Positions 46,001 to 56,126 of a DNA stretch of 64,000 nt are shown here, one piece after another. The stretch's first letter is position 1, and each line of letters opens with the position of its first letter. The position numbers were made by a program, and so were the translations under genes. The notes beneath the pieces are model-generated. The model was given only the letters and a program-made list of their open reading frames with translations, ran no database searches and had not been told where the DNA came from. The DNA lies in IMG/VR virus record IMGVR_UViG_3300044213_000051, positions 23,218 to 87,217 of that record; one strand, given 5' to 3'. This DNA comes from a virus.

Positions 46001-48572
46001 AGAATTTAATAACAGTTCTCATTGTAACTGCTTGGTCAGCAGTCGGAGTAAATGCCTGTTTATTATCAATGTACATCAAGTCACCTGAATATTTATCTAC
46101 TGTTGGAGAAGTTACACCAGTAACACCAAAAGTATTTGAGCTGCTATTTGAGAAAATTGCGCCAGCTGATGGAATATCATTATCCAATGATTGAATCAGG
46201 GCTGAGTTTGGATTTAAACTGACGATTCTGAATCTGGTATTATTCGGAGCCAAGTAAATTAACATATCTTGAGAAAATTGGTTCACGTTAATAGAACCAG
46301 TAACAACCCAACAAGCTGAAGCGAGTGCGCTATTCAAAGCATATGTGTTTCCATATTGTCTTGGGTTTTTAATCAATCCAATCTGACGGAAGGCATTGTT
46401 AACAGAAAATCCTTGGTTTGTATCTTTAGATACGTTCGTATAGAACATCAAACTTGTTGTATATAAACCATTAATTGTATTTTTGCCGTGGCCACCATAA
46501 GGTGTTATGATAACACGAGCATTCGCACCATAACCATTACCGTTAATAGTTGCTGTAGCCCAGCGATAACCTGAACCATAGTTGGTCATATTAATTTTAG
46601 TGACAACACCATTAACAACAGTTGCTGTAGCAGTAGCACCAGTACCATCTCCATTGATAGTAACTGACGCATAAGCATACCCGAATCCACCACTAAGAAC
46701 TTTGATAGACATAATTCTACCATCAACAGTTAACAATTCAGTGTTAGCCTGTAATGTAGAAACATCACCTGGAGAAAGATCAGCTGTTAACTGAGCACCA
46801 GTTCCGTCACCAACTACATTTAAGTTTGCGTATGTGTAACCAACACCACCATCATTAATCTGAACACCAGTAATCTGTCCATTGGAAATTATTGGAACCA
46901 ACAGAGCATTTGATTTAACACCAGAACAATAACCAGTTGCGCCTGAACCACCTGAAACTGGAGCGATGTAAATTTTCGGTAAAGAAGAATAACCAGCACC
47001 AAAACGCAATTCTGCTGTTGCTGAAGCAGCAAGACCAGCATACGTTAAAGAAGCTGTTCCGTTTGTCGCTACTCCAGAAGTATGTGTTGGAGCAGAAGTT
47101 CCAGTAGTGCCAGCTGTTGTTACTGTATAAAGTTTACCACCAGCGAAAATTTGTTGTCCAACAGTATACGCAGTTGAAGCACCCCAAGCAGTTCCAACAA
47201 CTACGTTCGGAGTAGAAGTGTATCCCGAACCTTGAGCAGTAACAACAATTTGAGAAACACCAGTTCCTTGCATAACAGCAACTGCAGATGCGCCAGAACC
47301 ACCACCGCCAGTAATAGTTACTACTGGGGCAGAAGTATAACCAGAACCATTTTGTCCAACGATAACATCTCGTAGAGCACCATTTAATGTTATTCCTGTA
47401 ACAACACCACCAGTTACTTGTACTGATCCTGTTACTGTTGTACCAATATATTCTAAAGCAGCAGTACCACTAGAAACAATCCCAGAAGTATGTGTTGGTG
47501 CAGGAGTTGCGAAAGTTCCTGGAAGAGAAACTCTGTAAATGTTATTGATGTAGTTAACAAGTTGACCAAGTAATGCAGAGTTACCAGCTTGCCATACGTT
47601 TGATGTAAATGGTGGATCAAATGTTACTGTTGCGCCAGAAGTGTATCCAGATCCAGGTAAAGAAACTGTTGTTCCTGTTACATATAAAGGGTCAGCTGCC
47701 AAACTACCATCACCTTGAACAGTAATTGTAGCATATGTATAATTTTGACCAGCACTCATAACGTTGACAGTTTGAATGTCTCCGTTAGAGTAAAATTGTT
47801 CTCTTAACGCAGAAACAACTGGCATATATGTGTCTGTTAAGAATTTATTTCTTAATGCGATTGGAATACTATAAAGATATTTCCAAATATAACCATCTGG
47901 CATAATAACAGGGTCAACTGTCGTACCAATTGGTTTATATGTTGACACAGCACCATTGTTATTATCTAAACATTTGTAGACGTTATATTCATCAGTCAAA
48001 ACAGTCATATTCGCTTGTTCGACTTGTTGAACACCAGAACTAGCCTGTGCTAAAATAGCTGATGCTTGAGCACCAAGACCACCACCACCAGTAATAGTTA
48101 CTGTTGGCATAGAAACATAACCACGACCAGCAGTTACTAAGTTAATAGCAACTACTACGCCATTAGCAACAACAGCTTGAGCCGTTGCGCCAGAACCACC
48201 ACCACCAGTAATAGTTACTGTTGGAACATCTGAGTAACCATATCCGCCAGCAATTAAATTGATGCCGTCCAATTCATCACATAAATGGTCATCGTACTGA
48301 TCATATACAGTTCCTGTTGTCCAATTAACACGTTCTACGATGAACGCAACGTCAGTTGGGTTTATTTCTTTTAGTGTAATGATCTCATTTCGTGTTTGCA
48401 ACTCGTAGTTAAACGAATCAATAGGAAATGGTGGCTGTGTTTCCACTGGCCACGCAAGAGTTTTACCTAAAAAGTAGTAATAATGAGAAGAGTTAGACTG
48501 AATCTCATTATATAGTGCCTTAGCAACAGAAGTATGTAACTCAGACTTTAATAGTGCTGAAGTAGATGCCAT
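45999..48572 (-). CDS. gp8: Baseplate wedge subunit, gp8-like, with inserted modules
   Basis: R.NWT.GTVYD.Y, VYKCLDNN, DGYIWKYLY, GGHG, FRQIGLIKNP, YSGDLMYIDN. Confidence 0.82.
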   Translation of the reverse strand: MASTSALLKSELHTSVAKALYNEIQSNSSHYYYFLGKTLAWPVETQPPFPIDSFNYELQTRNEIITLKEINPTDVAFIVERVNWTTGTVYDQYDDHLCDELDGINLIAGGYGYSDVPTVTITGGGGSGATAQAVVANGVVVAINLVTAGRGYVSMPTVTITGGGGLGAQASAILAQASSGVQQVEQANMTVLTDEYNVYKCLDNNNGAVSTYKPIGTTVDPVIMPDGYIWKYLYSIPIALRNKFLTDTYMPVVSALREQFYSNGDIQTVNVMSAGQNYTYATITVQGDGSLAADPLYVTGTTVSLPGSGYTSGATVTFDPPFTSNVWQAGNSALLGQLVNYINNIYRVSLPGTFATPAPTHTSGIVSSGTAALEYIGTTVTGSVQVTGGVVTGITLNGALRDVIVGQNGSGYTSAPVVTITGGGGSGASAVAVMQGTGVSQIVVTAQGSGYTSTPNVVVGTAWGASTAYTVGQQIFAGGKLYTVTTAGTTGTSAPTHTSGVATNGTASLTYAGLAASATAELRFGAGYSSLPKIYIAPVSGGSGATGYCSGVKSNALLVPIISNGQITGVQINDGGVGYTYANLNVVGDGTGAQLTADLSPGDVSTLQANTELLTVDGRIMSIKVLSGGFGYAYASVTINGDGTGATATATVVNGVVTKINMTNYGSGYRWATATINGNGYGANARVIITPYGGHGKNTINGLYTTSLMFYTNVSKDTNQGFSVNNAFRQIGLIKNPRQYGNTYALNSALASACWVVTGSINVNQFSQDMLIYLAPNNTRFRIVSLNPNSALIQSLDNDIPSAGAIFSNSSSNTFGVTGVTSPTVDKYSGDLMYIDNKQAFTPTADQAVTMRTVIKF

Positions 48573-48587
48573 TTAGTTATCCAAAAA

Positions 48588-49031
48588 TTAACTTACTGTG
48601 ATTACCCAAGTAATAGCAATAGAGTCGCCAGATGCTTTGTTAACAACTGGGAATGTTGTATGACACAACATTGTACCACCAGTACCAGCGTTAAATACGC
48701 CAGCTTCAGTGATTGCGCCAGTACCAGTACCAGCTGGGAATGTTGCAGTATATGTTACAGTTGCGCCAGAAGAAGTTCCAGAAGCAAGAGCAACACGACC
48801 AGCTTCAGTACCTAGTGTAGTATCACCAGCTGCTGGGGAAGCAGTGCCAGTACCAATAGCCATATTACTCATAACAGCTGCTGAAGTGCCAACCATACGT
48901 GATGCAATGTATGTTTTACCTACAGAAACAACCAAGTTTGGTACTTCGCGCACTTCTTTAACTGCGTTATTTTCGTCACGAAGGGTGATTGTTAAACTAC
49001 CCTTTGCCTTTAAGTGTTCATTTAGATCCAT
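48588..49031 (-). CDS. Small virion structural protein
   Basis: NLVV..GK..IA.R, MAIGTG, GAITEAGVFN, VNK..GD.I.ITW. Confidence 0.75.
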   Translation of the reverse strand: MDLNEHLKAKGSLTITLRDENNAVKEVREVPNLVVSVGKTYIASRMVGTSAAVMSNMAIGTGTASPAAGDTTLGTEAGRVALASGTSSGATVTYTATFPAGTGTGAITEAGVFNAGTGGTMLCHTTFPVVNKASGDSIAITWVITVS

Positions 49032-49048
49032 TTGTATCTCCTATTTTG

Positions 49049-50878
49049 TTATCCTGAGAAATTAATTGGGGTTCCAACGTATTGTTCCAAGAACCATCCT
49101 GCCTCAGAGTATGGGTTAAAAATTATGAAACCGCCAGAATCAACTGGGTGGGTTAAATCGTCTCCAGATCCAGTGTTATTGATATATTTAGTCGTAGCAA
49201 AGTAAGGTTGCTCAGAAATAATCGGAGCATCAGTAAGAGCTTTCGTAATATCACGTTCAGTAATTACATCACCCATAGTTGGGTAATCTGTCAGTGCCTT
49301 AGTTGTTACTAAAGTTGTTCCAGAATCAACCATTGGCTGATTTTCTGTTAATCCCTTAGTTGTCAATAACGAATATACTGAATCGTCTGGGGTATTTATT
49401 GTGTCAGCTAAAGGTTTTGACGTTACGATAGAAGCGATAAAATCGTTCTGCATGTTAGCCACATCAGTGGCATCACCAAGACCTTTAGTTGTTAATAGTG
49501 TTGTTCCATTATCAATAATATTCTGGACATCTTGAGTTGTAACAGCAAGAATTTTTAATAATGAATCAAGAGTTGGGCTTAAATCAAATTCATTTGTTAC
49601 ACTATACTCACCAAAAACGGCAACGCCAGCTGGGTGAACCAATGATTTAACATAAGACTTATAATCATCTAATCTCTCATCAATTTTAATTACATAAGAG
49701 AATGCTTGATAGTATCTACTATCTTGAATAAACATAGCATCATTCAAGAAACCATCATTGGTTGAATAATATCCTGGATATCTAGCTAATGGTCCAAGAG
49801 AAACCTTAATTACTGCTGGGTCGTATGGACTAACAACTGCGCCAGTACCAGTATCGCCGAACTCGCGAAGAACTTGACCAGCATAAGTACCATCGATCGC
49901 AGTTCCAACAGCATAGTCAAAATAGTTAATCGTACCATCATCAGTGAAACCATCAGTGGCTTCAGTAATATCTAAATTACGACCAATCAATGATAGTTGC
50001 AATCCACCAGTTCCTGCTGATGTTTGCCCAGTATCAGCATAAATTGTTGATGTAAAATCTGTTGAATAACCAATACCATATTTAATAAATTCGGCATTAA
50101 TAATACCACCATTACTATCAATTCTGGTAATCTTCATAATAGAACCAGAACCATGTCCGTTTCTAATTGTATATAATTGACCAAGTTTAAATCCAGTTCC
50201 TGGAGTTAAAACTTTTAATTGAGACGTGGTAGCTAAAATTGTTCCACTAAAGTAAATTGAATTTGTTTTATAGCGTAGTTGGTCACCAACATTAATTGAT
50301 CCAAAAAATCTACGATCGATATAAAATTCGTAAGTGTTTGGGGAAATTTGTACGATACGATCAACTTCAAATTCAACTGTTTGGTGGTGGTCGACTAAGA
50401 TTCTAACGATCGTATTTGCAGTAACAACATCAACCATTTTACCAACAATGTCATCTGGCTGGCCAGCATTAACTTGAACCATAATGGAAACGTCTTGATT
50501 CCATTTACCATCAGAAGCACGAAGAATCTGCTTTGATGGATAATCTATTGATACTTCCTTACCATAAAGTAATCTGAATAAAAATTTGTAAGAACTTTCA
50601 GATCCCTTTGATAGATAATATTCTTTAATGTGTTGAAGTAATACGCTTTGATTTGTTGCTGTTTGTACTGGAAAGTTATTTAACAGCTCGTTTTTAATAT
50701 GACCAATAAATGAATCAAGCGTTTTATCAATATCTCTTAATGTGGAAACATCAGGATTAGTTGTGTCTAGATAATCGTAATATGCTTGTAAGAATAAAAC
50801 GAATGTCTGATAATCCTCTCTGACGAACTCAGGAAGTTGACTCGCTACAATCGAAGAGAGTTTTGGTCTAGTTATCAT
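49049..50878 (-). CDS. Baseplate wedge subunit, gp7-like
   Basis: QLPEFVREDY, SKGSE.SY.FLFR.LY, QDS.YYQ.FSY, VHPAG; follows gp6. Confidence 0.78.
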   Translation of the reverse strand: MITRPKLSSIVASQLPEFVREDYQTFVLFLQAYYDYLDTTNPDVSTLRDIDKTLDSFIGHIKNELLNNFPVQTATNQSVLLQHIKEYYLSKGSESSYKFLFRLLYGKEVSIDYPSKQILRASDGKWNQDVSIMVQVNAGQPDDIVGKMVDVVTANTIVRILVDHHQTVEFEVDRIVQISPNTYEFYIDRRFFGSINVGDQLRYKTNSIYFSGTILATTSQLKVLTPGTGFKLGQLYTIRNGHGSGSIMKITRIDSNGGIINAEFIKYGIGYSTDFTSTIYADTGQTSAGTGGLQLSLIGRNLDITEATDGFTDDGTINYFDYAVGTAIDGTYAGQVLREFGDTGTGAVVSPYDPAVIKVSLGPLARYPGYYSTNDGFLNDAMFIQDSRYYQAFSYVIKIDERLDDYKSYVKSLVHPAGVAVFGEYSVTNEFDLSPTLDSLLKILAVTTQDVQNIIDNGTTLLTTKGLGDATDVANMQNDFIASIVTSKPLADTINTPDDSVYSLLTTKGLTENQPMVDSGTTLVTTKALTDYPTMGDVITERDITKALTDAPIISEQPYFATTKYINNTGSGDDLTHPVDSGGFIIFNPYSEAGWFLEQYVGTPINFSG

Positions 50879-50880
50879 TT

Positions 50881-52704
50881 TTAGTTGCTAGGTGTAAATA
50901 CGTAGTTATAACCAGCACGTAAATCACCTGTTGCTGTGTTATCATTAATAACATTAACAGTTAAACTATTAATATCAATTTCAGCGATTTGCGTTAATGC
51001 TGAAACAACGTCGTTTGATTCTGGCTTAACAATCAATCTAAAATCTGAATCGTTTAAAGATGTTACGTTTAAGTTTTTAATATCAATAATTCCATTCGCA
51101 TGATCAATTGTTCCGATTTGAGCATTAGATATAATCTTTTCTGCGTTTGAACCGATTGAATACAATCGAATGTCTGTACCATAATCATCAAGGTAATATA
51201 CAGTATTATTATCACCAGCAATAAAAAAACCAGTCGAACTTAAAGAACCACCTTGAGCAGAGTATTTAATTGGGTTAATCATATTAACCAAATATTCAGC
51301 TGACACATTGTATCTTGGCTGTAAAATACGGTGTAACATAACTGTTGTGATGTTATTCACAATAGATTTTTCTGTATTATCAATCAATTTTGATAATTTA
51401 GAAAATCTGAATACACCATCAAAAGTTTGTAAATCTGTGTTATTATAATCGTTAATTGTTGCTGTTACTAACGTGGTAATATCAGCAGCAGATAAAGTTG
51501 TTAATCGTTCGTTGAAATAAACACCAACATTTAATACGATGTAGATATAATCTGGATCTACGATTTCTGGTACAACAGAAACTACGTTTTTATTTTGTAA
51601 AATGGTTGATGTTATTAGAGATTTTTGAGTTGTCGTTAAAGCATTAGAATCTGATGGTTTAACGCAAATGAACACTTTACCATAAACTGGTGGAACGTTG
51701 TCTTCACCACCCCAAACTGAAACAGCTTTTGCTTGTGGAAGTTGTGAGTAAATAATAGCTTTATAATCGTCAGCAGTAACAGCTCTATTTTGTGTGGCAT
51801 AAAGTTTAGGAGCATTGAAACGAATGCTCTCGATATCTTCTGGTTGCCCACCACCATAAGCAGGGGTTACGCAAGCAACACTAGTAGAAGCATTATTTAA
51901 AACTGGTCTACCCGCATAATTAAATAATCTTGCACCATTCGGAGCATCGTAGTTACAAACGAAATAATCTAGATAAACAATATTTCCTGGTTGTAATGCT
52001 TTACCGATTATACCATCGCCAAATGTAATTTCATAAATTCCATCATCGATCTGTTTTAAGAAATATACAGTCGAATCTGCGGCAACTGAAGTAACATCAG
52101 TTGAAGCTGTGTAAGCTGTGTAAACAGAAGATGTAGCTGAATCTTGAACACGAACTGTTAAAGTAGTAATATCGGCATTTGCATTTGGAACTAAGAAAGG
52201 AACACCATCAGATACTGCGTATGAATACGATAATGGGCTTCCTTCTTTCACAGTAATATTGTTAAAATTATATACGTTACTTGAACCATTAACAGTAATA
52301 GCTTCTGTTGTGTAGAATGTATATAACAAACCATTAACAGAAGTTGTAAATGTGCTATACTGCGGTAACGTTAAAGCAGATGGACCATTTGACGCAGCTG
52401 TAACTGTATAATTAATAACAGCTTGAGAACAAGTAGCTGAACGAGGGACATATCCAAGCATTTTACCAATTGAAACTACACTATTTCTTTTGCTCGCTGA
52501 ATCCAAAAACATTTCGTTAATGGTTAAGTTATTATAAAGAGCGTTGTAGTGTGTGTTATATGCTAGAATATCAAGTAGAACTGAAAGACCAGATCCCTCA
52601 AAATCATAATCCGTAAATGTTGATTGACCTTGTAGGAATGATTTGATGTTTGATTTAATATTATCAAAATCTAATTGAGTTACGTTAATTTTTTGATTAG
52701 CCAT
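50881..52704 (-). CDS. gp6: Baseplate wedge subunit
   Basis: LDFDNIK, DYDFEGS, LAYNTHY, FGDG..GK, QNRAVTADDY, WGGE. Confidence 0.95.
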   Translation of the reverse strand: MANQKINVTQLDFDNIKSNIKSFLQGQSTFTDYDFEGSGLSVLLDILAYNTHYNALYNNLTINEMFLDSASKRNSVVSIGKMLGYVPRSATCSQAVINYTVTAASNGPSALTLPQYSTFTTSVNGLLYTFYTTEAITVNGSSNVYNFNNITVKEGSPLSYSYAVSDGVPFLVPNANADITTLTVRVQDSATSSVYTAYTASTDVTSVAADSTVYFLKQIDDGIYEITFGDGIIGKALQPGNIVYLDYFVCNYDAPNGARLFNYAGRPVLNNASTSVACVTPAYGGGQPEDIESIRFNAPKLYATQNRAVTADDYKAIIYSQLPQAKAVSVWGGEDNVPPVYGKVFICVKPSDSNALTTTQKSLITSTILQNKNVVSVVPEIVDPDYIYIVLNVGVYFNERLTTLSAADITTLVTATINDYNNTDLQTFDGVFRFSKLSKLIDNTEKSIVNNITTVMLHRILQPRYNVSAEYLVNMINPIKYSAQGGSLSSTGFFIAGDNNTVYYLDDYGTDIRLYSIGSNAEKIISNAQIGTIDHANGIIDIKNLNVTSLNDSDFRLIVKPESNDVVSALTQIAEIDINSLTVNVINDNTATGDLRAGYNYVFTPSN

Positions 52705-53093
52705 TATCGTGTTCTTTCCAGCACCAGAGTTAAGGTTATTGGTCTAGTTGTGTTTAAGATTGTGAATGTAATAGTTACATCCAAATAATTGTCATCTGCG
52801 CTGGATACAACATCTACTTGGAGTAATTGAGCACGTGGCTCGAAATTGTTAATTGTGTCGGTAATAATACGCTGAACCAACAAAGGTAATGCTGGAGTGT
52901 TATTTTCGAACAATAGAGAATTTATTGGAGTTCCGATTTCGCTATGAAAAGGACGCTCATAGTTAGCAGTTAGAACCAAGTTTTTGATGCTTTCTTTTAT
53001 CGCTGCATCATCATATCTTAGAACGATGTCTTTCGTTACTGGGTGAGCAGTAAAGTTTAAATCTAAATCAGCGAAAAGTCTTGTAGTAGCCAT
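52704..53093 (-). CDS. gp25: Baseplate wedge/sheath initiator
   Basis: DLDLNF..HP, AIKESIKNLVLT..ERPF, FEPR, LERTR. Confidence 0.93.
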   Translation of the reverse strand: MATTRLFADLDLNFTAHPVTKDIVLRYDDAAIKESIKNLVLTANYERPFHSEIGTPINSLLFENNTPALPLLVQRIITDTINNFEPRAQLLQVDVVSSADDNYLDVTITFTILNTTRPITLTLVLERTR

Positions 53094-53098
53094 TTAAT

Positions 53099-53106
53099 TA
53101 TTTATT
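53099..53106 (-). promoter_or_regulatory. Late promoter (AATAAATA) for gp25
   Basis: Late box 5 nt before the ATG. Confidence 0.7.
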
Positions 53107-53120
53107 CGTAATTGCAAGCA

Positions 53121-56100
53121 TTATTTCTTAGAAGGACGCCAAATGCCAACTAAACTTCCGTCGCCAGGAGGTCTGTAACCACCTTTCCACGAAATTGTTA
53201 CATCACCATCGTTAGGGTTGTTTGTTGTTGCTGTTGGTGTTTGATTACCACCAATGAACGATAAACGTCCACTGTTATTAGCATAAACAAAGTTTACGTG
53301 ACCATATTTCCAAAGGGCGATATCTCCAGGTTGGGCTTGCGTAAAATCAGTTATCGGAGTTGCTGCCCATTTGGTATATGAATCGCGAATTGCCCAAGCA
53401 GATGCTGTTTGAACATAACGATAACCACATTGCTTTAGTGTATAATTAACGAAACCCATACACCATGGAGTTTGGTCAGTTAGCCAATAAGCATTTTTTG
53501 GATAACCAAGATCTTCCCAAATACGAATGATGTTTGGGTTGCTTGGTTTACCATTCTGCCCTGTTTCTCTCCAATAACCATTAGTTGACGTCTGCGTTAA
53601 ACACTTCTGGAACCAATCGCTAAAATCAGATGGAGCTTGACCAGAAATTAATGATTGACCATTATTATCATCTTTCGGTGTTCCAGCGAAGTTACCCTTT
53701 ACACCACCAGAAGCTGCAGCTGGGTTGTTATATTTTCCTGGATTAGAAACGTAATCTGAATATTTATTGTTATTGTGATTAACGACTTTTGCGTCTTGTT
53801 CAACTGGTGGACTTGGTCGAACTGGAGTTTTTAACAATGGCATTGCAGAAGAATAACCATCGTTAGTATCAACTTCTCCTGGATCAATATCCACTTTAAT
53901 GTCTTGAATATCATCGACAGAAGCTGCTGGATTTGCTTGAGAAGAAGCACCAGATTGAATCATTGAAGATGCTCCATCAGTAGCAAATTTACCACCTGCT
54001 TTCAGAGTCACATCGCCACCACCTTGAGTATAGCTACCGCCACCTGCGAGTGCGTTATAATCTTTAGCTGACTGAATATACGTATTAGCGCCAGAGTTCA
54101 ACGACACATCTGAACCTGTTTGAACTGCGAATTCTTGTCCTGATTTAATATCAAACCCAGCAGTAGATTGTAAATGTAGGAAATCTCCTGCTTTAACTGA
54201 CGTTCCCAATCCTGAAGAAATCTTAATCTCTTCAGCAATTTCCATAGTTAAATTACCACCGCCATAAATGTTAATATCAGAACCAACACCAAGATTTAAT
54301 TCGCCAGCGATGTTGATATTAGCATCGTTCATAATGTTGATATTTGTTTCACCGTGAATGTCAATATCCGCACCAGCCATAACTTTAATATTGACGCCAC
54401 GTCCAACTGATAGGTTACAATCACCACCAATTGAAATTAAACCATTTCTGTCAATAATTTCATATCCATCACCAACAATTTTACGAACCATAGTTCCGTT
54501 AGCATCAACGTCAATATAAGTTCCAGCACGATGATACAAACTAATATTCTCGTGCGTTGGTGTATCGTCCAAAATAAACATATGGCCAGATTCGGTTTCA
54601 GTAACTTTAGAATATGGATAGATACCACCAAAACCTGCCAATGGTTGTTCCCAAGTACCACCACCAGCTGCTGGAATTTGACGTGTTCTTGACACATCCT
54701 TGAATTCTAACGCAGTACCTGTTACTTGACCACGAGCCATTCTGTTCGTTGACGTTTCGTTCATTTGTGAACGTAATGGGTACTTTCCTGATGGATCCTG
54801 GAAACCTCTAGTAGCTGAAGAAGAACGATCTTCTAACGCAGCTGTTTTTTCTGATGGAGTATCTCCAGCAACATCAGATTTTGTGTAAGTCGGAACTGCG
54901 TCAGCACGTGGTTTATTAGAAGGATCAGCTGCTGGTAAATTCGCTCCAATAAAATACGCATAGAATTTACGTTTAGTTGCGTAGTTATCACCTTGAGCAT
55001 CGGTACCAGTTCTCTTTAATGCTGTTTCAATAAATGCTGGATCGTTTTGTAAATCTTTCCAGTTTGTAATTCTTCTTAAGTAGAAATACACGCAGCATGT
55101 CGCACAAACTTGCGGGTCTGTTAATAAAGAATTTGGGTTGTTGACGATATCAACAGTAATACCAAAATCTTTCTTTAGCCCAGCTTGAAGAGCTTCATAT
55201 AATCTACGACCAGTTAATTGATTATATCCACGACCATAATATAAAGCACCATCGTCTGGTTGTACGTTACCACAACCACGACCATTTGAATAATTTGGAC
55301 TATAAATTTTTCTAAAGAAATCTTCTCGAGTACCTTGCCAGTTACAGTATTTTTGTGCTTCTGTTAAGTTATCTTGGAAAACTCCACGGAAAATTTTATT
55401 CAGATATTGTGCGCTGGAGTAAACATAACCCTCAGCAATTGGTTGCCATCTAGATTCACCACCGCAAATAGCAAGGATAGATGCTCTCGCATATTTCCCA
55501 GTAATTCCGAAACGATCCATCGCTGCAATTAACAAACCAATATTCTGTCTGGCTTTAGCAACCTGATTTGCAGCAAGTCCTGGTGGTGGATCAGTTGGAA
55601 CTGGTTTACCCAAAAGGTTACTCTGAACAGCTCCAGGTGTTGTGATGTTATTTGATGGTGATTGTTTTGGAGATGAATCAGCGTCTTTAGGAGGATTATT
55701 CATACCCTCTTTAGATCCTGCCTCAATTGGAGTTCCGTCTGATGTTGTTACTGGATCGCCAGTTCCCGAAGTAAGAATACCACCATCAGTGGCAATAACA
55801 GCACCGCCAGAATCAGCAGCAGCTTGTTTCGCTGCTTGAGATTGAGGAATTGCACTGAACGTTCCGATCATAATCGGATACTGTTCAAATTCATCTCTGA
55901 ATACAATAGCTACCCAAGTTCCTTCAACTGGACCTACAGGTGAAGAACCGATACCCGAAATACCAGCTGATGTTATTGGTTGTAGTGGAGTTGCCCAAGG
56001 TAAATCTTCTGTCGGAAGTAAGATTTTATCATCAGTGTGTAATCCGACAATACGAACTTGGCATCTTCCTAGGTGCAATGGGTCAGCACGATTCTCTACA

Positions 56101-56126
56101 ACTCCAGTGTATAATTCCATTGCCAT
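53121..56126 (-). CDS. gp5: Baseplate hub/spike with GH19-like glycosidase and C-terminal CHAP/NlpC-P60-like domain
   Basis: OB fold GVVENRADP..LGRCQVR..G.H; YYGRGYNQLTG; YPYSKV.ETESGH...DDTP; beta-helix; PWCMGFV...PGDI...GHV...GGNQ. Confidence 0.9.
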   Translation of the reverse strand: MAMELYTGVVENRADPLHLGRCQVRIVGLHTDDKILLPTEDLPWATPLQPITSAGISGIGSSPVGPVEGTWVAIVFRDEFEQYPIMIGTFSAIPQSQAAKQAAADSGGAVIATDGGILTSGTGDPVTTSDGTPIEAGSKEGMNNPPKDADSSPKQSPSNNITTPGAVQSNLLGKPVPTDPPPGLAANQVAKARQNIGLLIAAMDRFGITGKYARASILAICGGESRWQPIAEGYVYSSAQYLNKIFRGVFQDNLTEAQKYCNWQGTREDFFRKIYSPNYSNGRGCGNVQPDDGALYYGRGYNQLTGRRLYEALQAGLKKDFGITVDIVNNPNSLLTDPQVCATCCVYFYLRRITNWKDLQNDPAFIETALKRTGTDAQGDNYATKRKFYAYFIGANLPAADPSNKPRADAVPTYTKSDVAGDTPSEKTAALEDRSSSATRGFQDPSGKYPLRSQMNETSTNRMARGQVTGTALEFKDVSRTRQIPAAGGGTWEQPLAGFGGIYPYSKVTETESGHMFILDDTPTHENISLYHRAGTYIDVDANGTMVRKIVGDGYEIIDRNGLISIGGDCNLSVGRGVNIKVMAGADIDIHGETNINIMNDANINIAGELNLGVGSDINIYGGGNLTMEIAEEIKISSGLGTSVKAGDFLHLQSTAGFDIKSGQEFAVQTGSDVSLNSGANTYIQSAKDYNALAGGGSYTQGGGDVTLKAGGKFATDGASSMIQSGASSQANPAASVDDIQDIKVDIDPGEVDTNDGYSSAMPLLKTPVRPSPPVEQDAKVVNHNNNKYSDYVSNPGKYNNPAAASGGVKGNFAGTPKDDNNGQSLISGQAPSDFSDWFQKCLTQTSTNGYWRETGQNGKPSNPNIIRIWEDLGYPKNAYWLTDQTPWCMGFVNYTLKQCGYRYVQTASAWAIRDSYTKWAATPITDFTQAQPGDIALWKYGHVNFVYANNSGRLSFIGGNQTPTATTNNPNDGDVTISWKGGYRPPGDGSLVGIWRPSKK

